A stretch of DNA of 50,832 nucleotides, from the NCBI GenBank assembly GCA_903827975.1, contig CAIKKG010000014.1:1-50832 (forward strand). The letters run 5' to 3'. Below the pieces are notes generated by a model, which was not told the origin of the DNA, did not search any database, and worked only from the letters and a program-made list of their open reading frames with translations. This stretch comes from an uncultured bacterium (GTDB lineage: Bacteria > Patescibacteriota > Minisyncoccia > UBA6257 > GWB1-50-10). This document shows, one piece after another, positions 9,050 through 19,055 of the stretch. Position 1 is the first letter of the stretch; the number at the start of each line of letters is the position of its first letter. Made by a program: the position numbers and the translations under genes.

Positions 9050-9160
9050 GGAGTTGAGCAGTGCTGGGTTCTTCGTTTGCAAGTAGGTATTAATTTATTT
9101 GGTTGTTCAGGAAGAATCCTATCTGGTTCCAATCCCGCCGCAAGGCGGGATTGGTTTTTT
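9050..9160 (+). ncRNA. candidate small structured RNA
   Basis: Lies between a promoter and a strong terminator; no ORF; nested pairings GGGTTCTTC/GAAGAATCC and CAAGTAGGT/ATTTATTTG. Confidence 0.4.
9129..9160 (+). terminator. intrinsic terminator
   Basis: CCAATCCCGCC-GCAA-GGCGGGATTGG-TTTTTT. Confidence 0.85.
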
Positions 9161-9195
9161 ATTACTCGGGTGATATACTAGGAATGAGCTGATTT

Positions 9196-9285
9196 TATTG
9201 GGTTGTATGAGCGGCAGCGGATGCGCACTCGCTCAACAATGTAAAAATTGGAGGTCACCACCGCAGCCGCTCATACAACCTAATA
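9196..9285 (+). promoter_or_regulatory. 25-bp-stem hairpin in the secA leader
   Basis: 9196..9220 pairs with 9261..9285 (one G-U, one mismatch); 40-nt loop; ends 10 nt before the secA ATG. Confidence 0.6.
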
Positions 9286-9295
9286 CAGCAATTTT

Positions 9296-11797
9296 ATGAT
9301 GTCGTTTTTGTCAAAATTATTTCCGGATAGTAATTTAAAGCGCCTAGAGGGCGTTGTTTTTAGTATTAACGAGCTTGAGCCCGAGATAAAAAAAATGTCC
9401 TCAGATGAGTTAATAGCAGAGTCAAATTTACTTAAATCTAAAGTTATAGAGAGTGAGAGCGACGCGGTTTTAAAAAATGAAACATTAATTCGGGCGTTTG
9501 CACTCGTACGCGAGGCTAGTAGCAGGACCCTAGGTCAGCGTCATTTCGATGTTCAACTTATTGGAGGTGCTGTATTAAATGATGGAAAGATAGCAGAAAT
9601 GTTGACTGGTGAGGGTAAGACATTAACTGCGACATCAGCTGTGTATTTTAATGCACTTTCTGGAAAGGGAGCCCACGTTGTTACCGTTAACGATTATTTA
9701 GCAAAGCGCGATGCAGTCTGGATGGGACAGATTTATAATGCACTTGGTCTTTCTGTTTCGTGCATAGTTCATGATTCAGCATATATATATGATCCAAAAT
9801 TTGAATCAGAAGCATTAGATAAGGAGCGTGATGAGGTTGGTGGATTTCGTATTGTGGAAAAGTTTTTGCGCCCTATTTCAAGAAGGGAAGCATATGCGTG
9901 CGATATTACCTATGGAACAAATCATGAGTTTGGATTTGATTTTTTACGTGATAATTTAACACTCAACCTAAGTGAGCGCGTACAGCGAGAGCCTCATTTT
10001 GCAATAATCGATGAGGTGGATAGTATTTTGATTGATGAGGCTAGGACTCCGCTTATCATTGCATCTCCCGATGAAGAATCTAGTGAATACTATAAAACAT
10101 TTGCAAAAATAGTTGCCAGAATGATTCCTGAAGAAGATTATATTGCCGACGAAAAATTACGAACCGTATCCGCTACCGATGCTGGAATTGAGAAGGCTGA
10201 GAAGACATTAAATATAGATAATCTTTTTTCTCCAGAGAACGCACGGCTTGTTCATTATTTAAATGAAAGCTTGAAAGCGAAAGCCTTATTTCAGAAGGAT
10301 AAGCAGTATCTTATTAAAAACGATGAGGTTTTAATTGTCGATGAGTTTACCGGACGCGTACTTCAGGGAAGGCGATATTCAGGTGGTCTTCATCAGGCAA
10401 TCGAGGCAAAGGAAGGCGTCTTTGTTAAAAAAGAAAACCGCACCTATGCCCAGATTACTATTCAGAATTATTTCAGACTTTATAAAAAGATTTCGGGTAT
10501 GACTGGTACTGCTCAGACATCAGCAGAGGAGTTTCATAAAGTTTATGGATTAGATGTGGTTAGTATTCCAGCGAATAGGCCACTTGTGCGTAAGGACTTG
10601 TCTGACCTTATTTATAAAAGTAAGGAAGCGAAGTATCGCGCAATTGCTGAGGATGTTAAGGAGAGACACAAACTTGGACAGCCAGTTCTTATTGGAACAA
10701 CATCAATCGCGAACAACGAAATTATTTCTGAGTATCTAGCAGGACAGCATATTCCACATGAAGTTTTAAATGCAAAGAACAATGAGCGTGAAGGTTCTAT
10801 AATCGCACAGGCAGGACGTGTAGGCGCTGTTACTGTTGCAACAAACATGGCCGGAAGAGGAGTTGATATTTTGCTTGGTGGAAATCCACGCAATGATGAA
10901 GAAGCGAAAAAAATATTAGACCTCGGAGGATTACACGTAATCGGCACTGAGCGTCACGAGGCGCGTCGTATTGATAATCAGTTGCGTGGTCGCGCAGGTA
11001 GGCAGGGCGATCCTGGCTCCTCAAGATTCTTTTTGTCTATGGAGGACGATTTGATGAGAATCTTTGGCGGGGACAGAATGAAAAACCTGATGCAGATGGT
11101 AAACCTACCAGATGATGTTCCTATTGAGTCAAAAATGGTCTCACGATCAGTTAACCAGGCTCAGCAGAAAGTTGAAGGTAATAATTTCGACGCCAGAAAA
11201 CATCTTTTGGATTTTGACGATGTTCTTAATAAGCAACGTTCCGCAATTTATAATAAACGCACAAAATATTTACAGATGGGTGAGAGTGGAGAAATACTTC
11301 CACTTGTGCATGAAGTTTTAGAACACTTTGTTGAGATGTATGAGAGACAACACAAAGCGGGTATTTATAGTGCAGAAGGATCCAAACTAGTAGAAGAGGC
11401 GAAGTCAAAACTCGTGCTTATTCCTGAGACTGTTGAAAAAGAGCGCTCTATAATGCTAGGACAGCATCTTGTTCGCATATTGGATATGCTTTGGGTAGAG
11501 CACTTGGAAAATCTTGAATCACTTCGTGATACCGTAAATATAAGGGCATATGGTCAACACGAACCTCTTGTTGAATACAGAAAGGAGGCATTCCAATTAT
11601 TCCAGAGATTACAGATGAATTTTGAGCAGTATGCATTTAATTCTGTATTTTCTTTATTTGAACTTGATTCGAACAAAATTAAAGTGCAGGAGGCTGTGCC
11701 TAATAATGTAAAACCTGAAGAGGCGAGAGAGCTTGGTCGTAATGACCCATGCTATTGTGGAAGCGGGAAAAAGTATAAGCATTGTCACGGCAAATAA
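9296..11797 (+). CDS. secA: preprotein translocase ATPase SecA
   Basis: TGEGKT, DEVDSILIDEARTPLI, ATNMAGRG, QLRGRAGRQGDPG, C-terminal SEC-C (GRNDPCYCGSGKKYKHCH). Confidence 0.99.
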   Translation: MMSFLSKLFPDSNLKRLEGVVFSINELEPEIKKMSSDELIAESNLLKSKVIESESDAVLKNETLIRAFALVREASSRTLGQRHFDVQLIGGAVLNDGKIAEMLTGEGKTLTATSAVYFNALSGKGAHVVTVNDYLAKRDAVWMGQIYNALGLSVSCIVHDSAYIYDPKFESEALDKERDEVGGFRIVEKFLRPISRREAYACDITYGTNHEFGFDFLRDNLTLNLSERVQREPHFAIIDEVDSILIDEARTPLIIASPDEESSEYYKTFAKIVARMIPEEDYIADEKLRTVSATDAGIEKAEKTLNIDNLFSPENARLVHYLNESLKAKALFQKDKQYLIKNDEVLIVDEFTGRVLQGRRYSGGLHQAIEAKEGVFVKKENRTYAQITIQNYFRLYKKISGMTGTAQTSAEEFHKVYGLDVVSIPANRPLVRKDLSDLIYKSKEAKYRAIAEDVKERHKLGQPVLIGTTSIANNEIISEYLAGQHIPHEVLNAKNNEREGSIIAQAGRVGAVTVATNMAGRGVDILLGGNPRNDEEAKKILDLGGLHVIGTERHEARRIDNQLRGRAGRQGDPGSSRFFLSMEDDLMRIFGGDRMKNLMQMVNLPDDVPIESKMVSRSVNQAQQKVEGNNFDARKHLLDFDDVLNKQRSAIYNKRTKYLQMGESGEILPLVHEVLEHFVEMYERQHKAGIYSAEGSKLVEEAKSKLVLIPETVEKERSIMLGQHLVRILDMLWVEHLENLESLRDTVNIRAYGQHEPLVEYRKEAFQLFQRLQMNFEQYAFNSVFSLFELDSNKIKVQEAVPNNVKPEEARELGRNDPCYCGSGKKYKHCHGK

Positions 11798-11798
11798 T

Positions 11799-12071
11799 AT
11801 GTACGAACGACCCCTTACTATTGCAGAAATAAGGGAACAATATCCTGATAAAGCCGAAGCACTTTTGAAGGATCCTGTGCACGTATGGCGAGCTGAGACT
11901 GGAATAGAATTGATTCATAAAGAGCCAACAATGGATGAGCAAATAAGGATTTGGAATAATTGGAATGAGATGACCGATGAGATGAAAAAGAAAAGCGACG
12001 GAAAAAGTAAGGAATTATTTGGTAGTGAGAATGCTTTGCATAACGAGGAAATAATGCGAAATTTGAGATAA
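11799..12071 (+). CDS. hypothetical protein (90 aa)
   Basis: ATG 1 nt after the secA stop; DPVHVWRAETGIELIHKEP motif; terminator follows. Confidence 0.75.
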   Translation: MYERPLTIAEIREQYPDKAEALLKDPVHVWRAETGIELIHKEPTMDEQIRIWNNWNEMTDEMKKKSDGKSKELFGSENALHNEEIMRNLR

Positions 12072-12094
12072 TAATAAGCCTTATCATACTAAGT

Positions 12095-12122
12095 AAAATC
12101 CCCGCCAATATGGCGGGGATTT
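12095..12122. terminator. bidirectional terminator
   Basis: AAATCCCCGCCA-ATA-TGGCGGGGATTT. Confidence 0.8.
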
Positions 12123-12124
12123 GT

Positions 12125-12406
12125 TTAGAAGAAAACTCTGTCTAATAGTTTACTTAATTTTTTTTGCAAAGTTGATTTGCTAAAATATTTTTCCGAAATT
12201 TCAGGAATTCTTAAAATTGATTTTCTCGTTTTATCGCCGTTAATGTGCTCAATTTCTACTCGGATTGTACCACAAATCATGCACCAACGAATTACATCGA
12301 TTGTTCCTAGTGGTGCTATACCACAATAAATTACTGTAAAATCGTGAAGCTCCTTAGAGCACTTTACTGGAGTTCCTTCAATCTGAATTTTTTGATTTTC
12401 GCGCAC
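12125..12406 (-). CDS. hypothetical protein with possible Zn finger (C-x4-H...CxxC)
   Basis: AAGGAG SD before GTG; KCSKELHDF and WCMICG. Confidence 0.6.
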   Translation of the reverse strand: MRENQKIQIEGTPVKCSKELHDFTVIYCGIAPLGTIDVIRWCMICGTIRVEIEHINGDKTRKSILRIPEISEKYFSKSTLQKKLSKLLDRVFF

Positions 12407-12464
12407 CGGTTACTCCTTTTAAATAACTTTTTTTATCGTAGACGTACAAAGGAAAAAGAGCAAC

Positions 12465-13232
12465 TTATTTTAAATATCCCGCCTTCGTAAGCCACTCCGC
12501 ATTTTCCCACTCCCAAAGTTTTTTAGCGCCTAGGAATGCAGTGAAATCTTCCTGCCAGTAAGGGGATTCCTTGAGTTCTATATGACCTTGCATCGCGCCC
12601 CATTCGTGTCTGCATGAGCGCATGACTGGATCATTCCATTGTATTTTTATCTGCGGTCTACCACCCTTGTTTCTTAAAAAGCCACCGCAAAAAATACATG
12701 GTCTACTCTGATCAATGCGCAATATCCAGCGCGTTTCTAAACCCTTAACATCGTCCTTCATTGCAGCAAGATACGCTGATGTCTGAAGATTATAGTCACG
12801 ATAAATTTCCTGTGATGTCTTAATGTCTAATATTCCAAGTTTCCCATCTATAAGAGCAATTGCATCAAGTGTACCAGCGTATCTGTGCTCATGGTTTACA
12901 AGACGAGCCTCAACATATTCCGGATCAACATGAATTTTTTTCTCTGACATAAAATTTCTCAATGCAGAAATAGAAGCTTCTATTGATTCAGGAACATCCA
13001 CAGGCTGATTTAAAAATATTTTTTCTGCAGTCTCGTGAATTAGGGTGCCCTCTACGGCCGACTGATTTTTTATTCGCTCTCCCTCGGCAAAACTAGAGAC
13101 CTTACCATAAAATCTATAGAGGGCTGGCTTCGCCTTAATTTCTAATATTCTAGTTACGCGTGGATACCAACCTGTATCAATTTCGTACCCACAACCGCTT
13201 TTAAATTCCTCAAGTGTTTTAAATTCATCCAT
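12465..13232 (-). CDS. PD-(D/E)XK nuclease (RecB/Cas4-like exonuclease family)
   Basis: YPRVT, GTLIH, YAGTLD, LDIKTS, LQTSAY motifs; CxxC...CxH insert. Confidence 0.85.
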   Translation of the reverse strand: MDEFKTLEEFKSGCGYEIDTGWYPRVTRILEIKAKPALYRFYGKVSSFAEGERIKNQSAVEGTLIHETAEKIFLNQPVDVPESIEASISALRNFMSEKKIHVDPEYVEARLVNHEHRYAGTLDAIALIDGKLGILDIKTSQEIYRDYNLQTSAYLAAMKDDVKGLETRWILRIDQSRPCIFCGGFLRNKGGRPQIKIQWNDPVMRSCRHEWGAMQGHIELKESPYWQEDFTAFLGAKKLWEWENAEWLTKAGYLK

Positions 13233-13555
13233 AATGTTTGTGATATGTATGATACCAGTAAAAAGCACTGTCTGGCAGTTGACCCAAAACGAGTTAAGTG
13301 GGGGAATATGAATTTATATAAAAGAATATAAATCCAGTGCAAATATTTTTTTATATTTCAAAACAAGAAACAGTAGCAAAGTAAAAATAAAATATATTTA
13401 TATTTTATCTATTAAATATGAGTTCGGGTGCGATATGAAGGTTTATGAGTTCTATACCTCAAACCCAAGGGGAAGTGTGGTTTTAAGAGGATTAAAACAG
13501 ATTAGACGTGTCGCACAATATATCTTTTACGACATAACAATGGTTTTTCTCCCTG

Positions 13556-13993
13556 TTATATAAAACTTATCACTTTACTCACTAGCTCTATTATTAATAG
13601 GATTATTCGCTTTATAAAGTCTACCGCCCACGTTACAAGCGCTGGTGTATTTAATAAATTCATCTTCTCCTTTACCCACTCTCCCATATTTAAGATCCAA
13701 TTTTTTATTGATTCAAATGTAATGCCATTTCTTTGAAGCCAATTTGTAATTCCACCGGTATCAATATTTCCACTAACGCCTGAGACCTTGTTTGAAATCT
13801 GGTTTGTTAGGTCTTCTACGGGCCCTTTAAGCTCATCTATTGGCCCATTTACGGTGTTTTTAAGCGCATCTACGGTATTTGTACCTACCTGAGCCATTGT
13901 GCTCAAAGGGAGTGAAAATAGGCCTAAAACACCAATAATTCCACATGTTACAAGTGTTACATGTATACTTTTACAAAATTTAGTGCGTTTCAT
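13556..13993 (-). CDS. hypothetical exported/membrane protein
   Basis: Signal-like N-terminus, amphipathic C-terminus; TATAAT 6 nt before the ATG. Confidence 0.7.
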   Translation of the reverse strand: MKRTKFCKSIHVTLVTCGIIGVLGLFSLPLSTMAQVGTNTVDALKNTVNGPIDELKGPVEDLTNQISNKVSGVSGNIDTGGITNWLQRNGITFESIKNWILNMGEWVKEKMNLLNTPALVTWAVDFIKRIILLIIELVSKVISFI

Positions 13994-14016
13994 CTGCTTA
14001 TTATACCATTTTGGCA

Positions 14017-15345
14017 TTATTTGCAGGATGAATCACTGGAGTGCGAAACATTAGAAATATCAGGTATATAGTCAATGGGATTTACCGTAATACCAATTGG
14101 CACGACGCCAGCTGCTGGTGGTACTGATTTAAACTGAATACTTGGTGCCCAGAAAACCGTGAAGTGGAGATGTGGACCGAATGTGTAGCCGGTATTTCCG
14201 CTATAGCCTATTACATCACCGCGATTTACAACCTGGCCTTCTTTAACAATTATGCGTGAAAGGTGTGCGTATAAAGTTGCGAGATTATTGTTGTGTTTGA
14301 TAATAATATATTTTCCATATTGAAATTTATTCCAGCGAGATGTTCCTCGGTCATTATTTCCAACCTTAAGTATTGTTCCAGATTCCGCAGCAAGTATAGG
14401 CGTTCCTATAGCACCACCAAAATCAACGCCATTATGCATTTTTGAACGATATGCACGGGCCGCAAATTTTGTAGGACCATAGCACTGTGTTATGTATGGC
14501 TCCTCTGCGGGAAAACCGAGTACACCAGTCCGCTTCAATGGTAGTAGCGTAGGATCAAATGTTGATCGAAGTTTATACTCAGCATCATCTATAACCGCGC
14601 TTATCTCGGCCTGCTTCTTATCTAGTTCTTCAATTTGTTGTGCATAAAATTGTTCCTGACTTTTTGTCTGTTCCAGAATCTTCTGCTTTTCATTTTTCTG
14701 TTCATTAACAATTATTTGAAGGTTAACTAAATTACTTGTCTGCGCCTGCTTAGTAACTTTTTTCTGTTTATTCTCGTCAATTTTATTTGTATAATCCTCT
14801 CTAAGATTTTTTAATTCAGTTATATTAGTACTAAGTGCTGTGTTTAGCGTTGTTATACTTTGAACCTCTGCAATGCTCTCACTTAATGAATTGCCCTTCA
14901 GTATGCGCGTAAATAAATCCTCACTTTCTTTTTGTTGTAACTCAGTGAGAAGATTTGCAATTGCCTGTTTCCTTATTGATATTGAAGAGCCGATTCCTCC
15001 GATTTGTCCGGAGAGAGAATTTATTTCAAGTTCTAACTTATTTACATTTACAGAATTAGCCTTAATTGAAAGATTAAGCTCGTTAATACTCGTGTTATAT
15101 GTCTGAATATCTTTTTTGATTGAGTTTCCAGACTTACTAATTTCCTCTAGAGTGTTATTTAATATTTCTCTCTGAGCCTGGATTTTTTGGAGTTCCGTGC
15201 CCTTCTCATCTATGCGCTTTTGAAGCTCCTCAAGGCTTGCTGATGACGATTGAGCAATATCTGCTGCGACCACATACGAAATATTATTTACCAAAAGGGC
15301 GGACACAAAAATAAACACAATACTTTTTTTAAAAAAGTTGCTCAT
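14017..15345 (-). CDS. coiled-coil M23 family peptidase (EnvC/MepM-like)
   Basis: Signal peptide, long coiled coil, HNGVD (HxxxD), YAHL, GPHLH (HxH). Confidence 0.92.
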   Translation of the reverse strand: MSNFFKKSIVFIFVSALLVNNISYVVAADIAQSSSASLEELQKRIDEKGTELQKIQAQREILNNTLEEISKSGNSIKKDIQTYNTSINELNLSIKANSVNVNKLELEINSLSGQIGGIGSSISIRKQAIANLLTELQQKESEDLFTRILKGNSLSESIAEVQSITTLNTALSTNITELKNLREDYTNKIDENKQKKVTKQAQTSNLVNLQIIVNEQKNEKQKILEQTKSQEQFYAQQIEELDKKQAEISAVIDDAEYKLRSTFDPTLLPLKRTGVLGFPAEEPYITQCYGPTKFAARAYRSKMHNGVDFGGAIGTPILAAESGTILKVGNNDRGTSRWNKFQYGKYIIIKHNNNLATLYAHLSRIIVKEGQVVNRGDVIGYSGNTGYTFGPHLHFTVFWAPSIQFKSVPPAAGVVPIGITVNPIDYIPDISNVSHSSDSSCK

Positions 15346-15348
15346 AAA

Positions 15349-16764
15349 TTATGATGACACTTCTAATTTGCGAAGCGCAATATTAATACGCTCTATGGAT
15401 TCAGCGCGACCAAGCACATAAAGAAGATCTGTTGGGCCTGGAGAGGACTCCATTCCAGATAGGGCTGTTCGTAGAGGCCACAATACATTACCTCTCCCCT
15501 CTTCATCGGCAAATTTAAGTATCGCGTCTTTTAATTCGGTACTAGGAAAATTTTCGTCAATTTCGTTTTTTATTAAATCCAAAATATTTTTTAGATTTTT
15601 AATAGCATCTTGCTGTGTTGTATCTTTCCATGGGATGGTTTCAACTTTATATTCCGGCAAGGTAAATATAAATTTTGAGTCATTCTGGAAGTCACATAAA
15701 TTTTTAAGTCTATCTTTTGATATTATTACTGAGCGATTAAATTTTGCTGAATCACTTAACCAGTCTGTTGGTACAAATGGAATTAGATTCTTTGAAAGTT
15801 CCTCGCTATCCATAGCTCTTATATGCATGAAGTTCAACCAGTCTAATTTTTCAGGGTTAAAAACGGCGCCAGCCTTTTGCACTCTTTTTATGGCAAACTC
15901 ATTGACCATTTCAAAAATTGATAACACTTCCCTATCTTCCTTTGGGTGCCAACCAAGTAAAACAAGAAAATTCAAAACTGCGGATGGAAGATACCCTTTA
16001 TTTTTATAGTCTGATAGAGAATTTGTTAAAAATCTTTTTGAAAGTTTCTTCTTATCTGCGCCTAAAATAAGTGGAAGATGGGCATAAGTTACTAAAGGAA
16101 ATCCAAGTGCCTCCTGTATGACTATTTGTTTAGGGGTATTTGATAGGTGTTCCTCGCCTCTTATAACGTGAGTTATTCTTTGTTCCTCATCATCAACCAC
16201 AACAGCCAGATTGTATAGTGGTTCTCTTAGTCCTTTGGCAATAATAATATCTCCGAATAGTTTTGTATCGAATTCAACTTTTCCGCGAATCATGTCAGAA
16301 AACGAAATAATTCGTTCTGGCATTTTCAATCTTATTACAGCCGACGAAGATTTTAGTTTGATTTCAAGATTTTCTTTTGAAATATTTTTACACTTCCCAC
16401 TATATTTAGGAATTATTCCCTGAGAGAGTTGTGCTTGATATTCCTCCTCCAGTTCTTTTGAGGAGCAGAAACAATAATATGCCTTGTTTTCTTCAAGGAG
16501 TTGCTTAAGAAATTTTTCGTATGCATCAAGACGATCTGTCTGACGAATTATAGGTTCATCTGGCACAATCCCAAGCCATTCAAGGTTTTGGAGTATGTCA
16601 TCTTCAAATCTTTTTTCCGAGCGCTCTTTGTCGGTATCCTCAATACGTAATAAAAATTTACCGCCCTCGTTTCTGGCAAAAAGCCAGTTAAATAAAGCAG
16701 TTCTTACGCCTCCAAGATGTAAAAATCCTGTTGGTGAAGGTGCGAATCGCACTCGTACATCCAT
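15349..16764 (-). CDS. gltX: glutamate--tRNA ligase
   Basis: RFAPSPTG.LHLGG (HIGH), RIEDTD, KLSKR (KMSKS). Confidence 0.98.
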   Translation of the reverse strand: MDVRVRFAPSPTGFLHLGGVRTALFNWLFARNEGGKFLLRIEDTDKERSEKRFEDDILQNLEWLGIVPDEPIIRQTDRLDAYEKFLKQLLEENKAYYCFCSSKELEEEYQAQLSQGIIPKYSGKCKNISKENLEIKLKSSSAVIRLKMPERIISFSDMIRGKVEFDTKLFGDIIIAKGLREPLYNLAVVVDDEEQRITHVIRGEEHLSNTPKQIVIQEALGFPLVTYAHLPLILGADKKKLSKRFLTNSLSDYKNKGYLPSAVLNFLVLLGWHPKEDREVLSIFEMVNEFAIKRVQKAGAVFNPEKLDWLNFMHIRAMDSEELSKNLIPFVPTDWLSDSAKFNRSVIISKDRLKNLCDFQNDSKFIFTLPEYKVETIPWKDTTQQDAIKNLKNILDLIKNEIDENFPSTELKDAILKFADEEGRGNVLWPLRTALSGMESSPGPTDLLYVLGRAESIERINIALRKLEVSS

Positions 16765-16811
16765 GGTTCAGATTATACCCCGAAATATGAACTTTGTCAC
16801 CCAAACTTAGA

Positions 16812-17939
16812 TTATATGCCGTGCGCAAGTCTAAGTATCTCATCCGAAATATCCTGAGCTGCTCTTGGTTTGAAAAAGTTTTTTGCCGCCATTTCTATTG
16901 ATTTTATTTTGTTCTCATCCTTAAGCATTGAATGAATTAAAGAAAGAACCAGATTTGTAGTTAGGTTTGACTCCTCTACTACTTGTGCTGCGCCGGTTTT
17001 GGAGTATGAATAAGCATTTTCTTTCTGGTGGTCATTTGCAGAGTCACTAAGTGGAATTAATATCGAAGGTCTTCCTAGTGCTGCAATTTCAAATATTGCG
17101 CCGGACCCAGCTCTTGAAATAACTATATCCGCAGATCCAAGTGCCTCTCTCATTCTGTTTTGAGCAAAATATGGAAATGGATGATAGTGGGCTCGAGTTG
17201 CAGAGTCTAATCCCATAAGTATCGATGAAGCTTGCGACTGAATCTCATCAAAGTTTAAATCCCCAGTCTGGTGCGTAATCTGCATATCAGTAAGAAATGT
17301 AGGTAGTGATTCAAGTATAAATAAATTTATTCTCGTTGATCCCTGAGAACCACCAAGCACAAGAATATTAATTTTATTAGGGTCTAGTTGCATGCCTCTT
17401 TTTATAGCTGGCATATCACCTATGTCTCCAGTTAATTCCCTTCTTACTGGATTTCCAACAACCCTAGCTTTTTTAGCCGAAAAATACTGAGCTGACTCCT
17501 CAAATGACAAGAGTACTCTTTTCGCAAATTTAGCCGAAATTCTATTTGTTAATCCTGGAACTGCATCTGATTCGTGAATAACAATCGGAATCATGTACCA
17601 CTTGGCCGCAATTATTACAGGTAGTGCCCCTGGGCCACCTTTTGAAAAAATAACGTCCGGCATTTCAAAATATAGTTTTACTAATGCCTGTAATATTCCG
17701 AAAAAGAATTTTGGAATGTCTATTATATTTTGAATATCAAAATATCTTCGTAACTTACTTGGTGCAATATTGTGAATAGAAATATTTCGTCTTTCAAACT
17801 CATCCATCATCGAATTTCTTGGTCCAAAATAAGAAAGTCGTAAATTATTTGAGGTTGCTTGTAATTCATCTGCAACCGCAAGAAGCGGATATAAATGTCC
17901 TCCTGTTCCGCCACCCACAAAAGCAACTCTGGTAATCAT
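16812..17939 (-). CDS. murG: undecaprenyldiphospho-muramoylpentapeptide GlcNAc transferase
   Basis: GGGTGGH, HESDAVPG, GNPVR, GGSQG, SRAG, HQ..NA. Confidence 0.97.
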   Translation of the reverse strand: MITRVAFVGGGTGGHLYPLLAVADELQATSNNLRLSYFGPRNSMMDEFERRNISIHNIAPSKLRRYFDIQNIIDIPKFFFGILQALVKLYFEMPDVIFSKGGPGALPVIIAAKWYMIPIVIHESDAVPGLTNRISAKFAKRVLLSFEESAQYFSAKKARVVGNPVRRELTGDIGDMPAIKRGMQLDPNKINILVLGGSQGSTRINLFILESLPTFLTDMQITHQTGDLNFDEIQSQASSILMGLDSATRAHYHPFPYFAQNRMREALGSADIVISRAGSGAIFEIAALGRPSILIPLSDSANDHQKENAYSYSKTGAAQVVEESNLTTNLVLSLIHSMLKDENKIKSIEMAAKNFFKPRAAQDISDEILRLAHGI

Positions 17940-17940
17940 T

Positions 17941-19053
17941 TTAGCGTCTGTATTTAGATATATTAGCAATTATGCCGCACATGGTCAAAAAAACTGCGAG
18001 CGCGGTGCCACCATAGCTTATGAATGGTAGAGGAACTCCAGTCATCGGAATAACTCCTGAGATTGCACCGATATTAACAAATGCCTGTAGGCCGAACATG
18101 CACATAAAACTTGTGGCTAGGTAGCGGGCAAAAGTGTCCGATGAGTCGCGAGCAATTTTTAAACCACGCCAAAGGAACGCGAGGAATGCAATTAGTAGTG
18201 CTCCAGCACCAACAAATCCAAGCTCTTCAGAAATAACAGCAAAAATAGAATCACCCATAGGTTCAGGAAGGTAATATTTTGTTGTAGATTTTCCGAATCC
18301 AACTCCAAATAGTCCACCTGAACCTATTGCCAGCTGTGCCTGTGCAATATGATATCCCTTGCCTTGTGGGTCGCTCGCTGCATTTACAAACGTATCTAGA
18401 CGAGCTGTTCTATATGATTTAAAAGAAAAAAGTCCTATAACACCTAAGCAAGCTATTAATACAAGTGCTGCTAAAAATCGTATTTTTGCACCTGACGTGA
18501 AGTATACAAAAAGTGATGTGAAGAAAATTAATCCCGCCATTGATGTTGCTGGTTGTAATAGTAATAGTGACATCACGAGCCCGATGAGTATTGTAAATGG
18601 AGCAAGGCCCTCCAAAAAGTTTTTCCCTCTCTGTATATTTTTACTAATCCAGGCGGACAGGTAAATAAAAAAAGTCAGCTTCATTATTTCCCCGGGCTGG
18701 AAGGAAAATGTGCCTAGGTTTATCCATCTCGTTCCGCCTTTTAGTGTAACCCCAACGTGTGGAATTAAAACAAGAACAAGTAAAATTATTCCAGTTATTA
18801 AAATATAAGGAGCGAGTTTTTCCCATATCCTGTAGTAAATAAAATATCCAAGTAAAAACCCAATTATTCCTGGGATAAGACCACTTAATATCTGGTGCTT
18901 AACATAGTAGGCACTGTCATTAAATGCGCTTCTCGCACCTTCTGATGACGCACTCATAAGCATTACAAGTCCGAAAATTACAAAAATAACAACAAAGGAA
19001 ATAAATACCATGTCGGCGCCCGAACTTTTTGGATTTGAAAAACGCAAATTCAT
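17941..19053 (-). CDS. ftsW: SEDS peptidoglycan polymerase FtsW
   Basis: Multi-TM; RWI, FQPGE, LPEP..D.IF, P.TGVPLPFISYGG; adjacent to murG. Confidence 0.95.
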   Translation of the reverse strand: MNLRFSNPKSSGADMVFISFVVIFVIFGLVMLMSASSEGARSAFNDSAYYVKHQILSGLIPGIIGFLLGYFIYYRIWEKLAPYILITGIILLVLVLIPHVGVTLKGGTRWINLGTFSFQPGEIMKLTFFIYLSAWISKNIQRGKNFLEGLAPFTILIGLVMSLLLLQPATSMAGLIFFTSLFVYFTSGAKIRFLAALVLIACLGVIGLFSFKSYRTARLDTFVNAASDPQGKGYHIAQAQLAIGSGGLFGVGFGKSTTKYYLPEPMGDSIFAVISEELGFVGAGALLIAFLAFLWRGLKIARDSSDTFARYLATSFMCMFGLQAFVNIGAISGVIPMTGVPLPFISYGGTALAVFLTMCGIIANISKYRR

Positions 19054-19055
19054 TA

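Noticed and set aside
9050..9130. SRP (4.5S) or 6S RNA
   Set aside because: It lacks the SRP CAGG..GNRA..AGCAG motif and is too short for a typical 6S RNA; kept only as an unassigned sRNA candidate.
12465..13232. Nuclease as Cas4 of a CRISPR system
   Set aside because: No cas1/cas2 or array, and it lacks the 1+3 Cys Fe-S arrangement of Cas4.
13270..13555. AT-rich gap as oriC, or a 42-codon + strand ORF from 13435
   Set aside because: No TTATCCACA-type DnaA-box cluster and no dnaA nearby. The small ORF has no start signals or recognisable motif.
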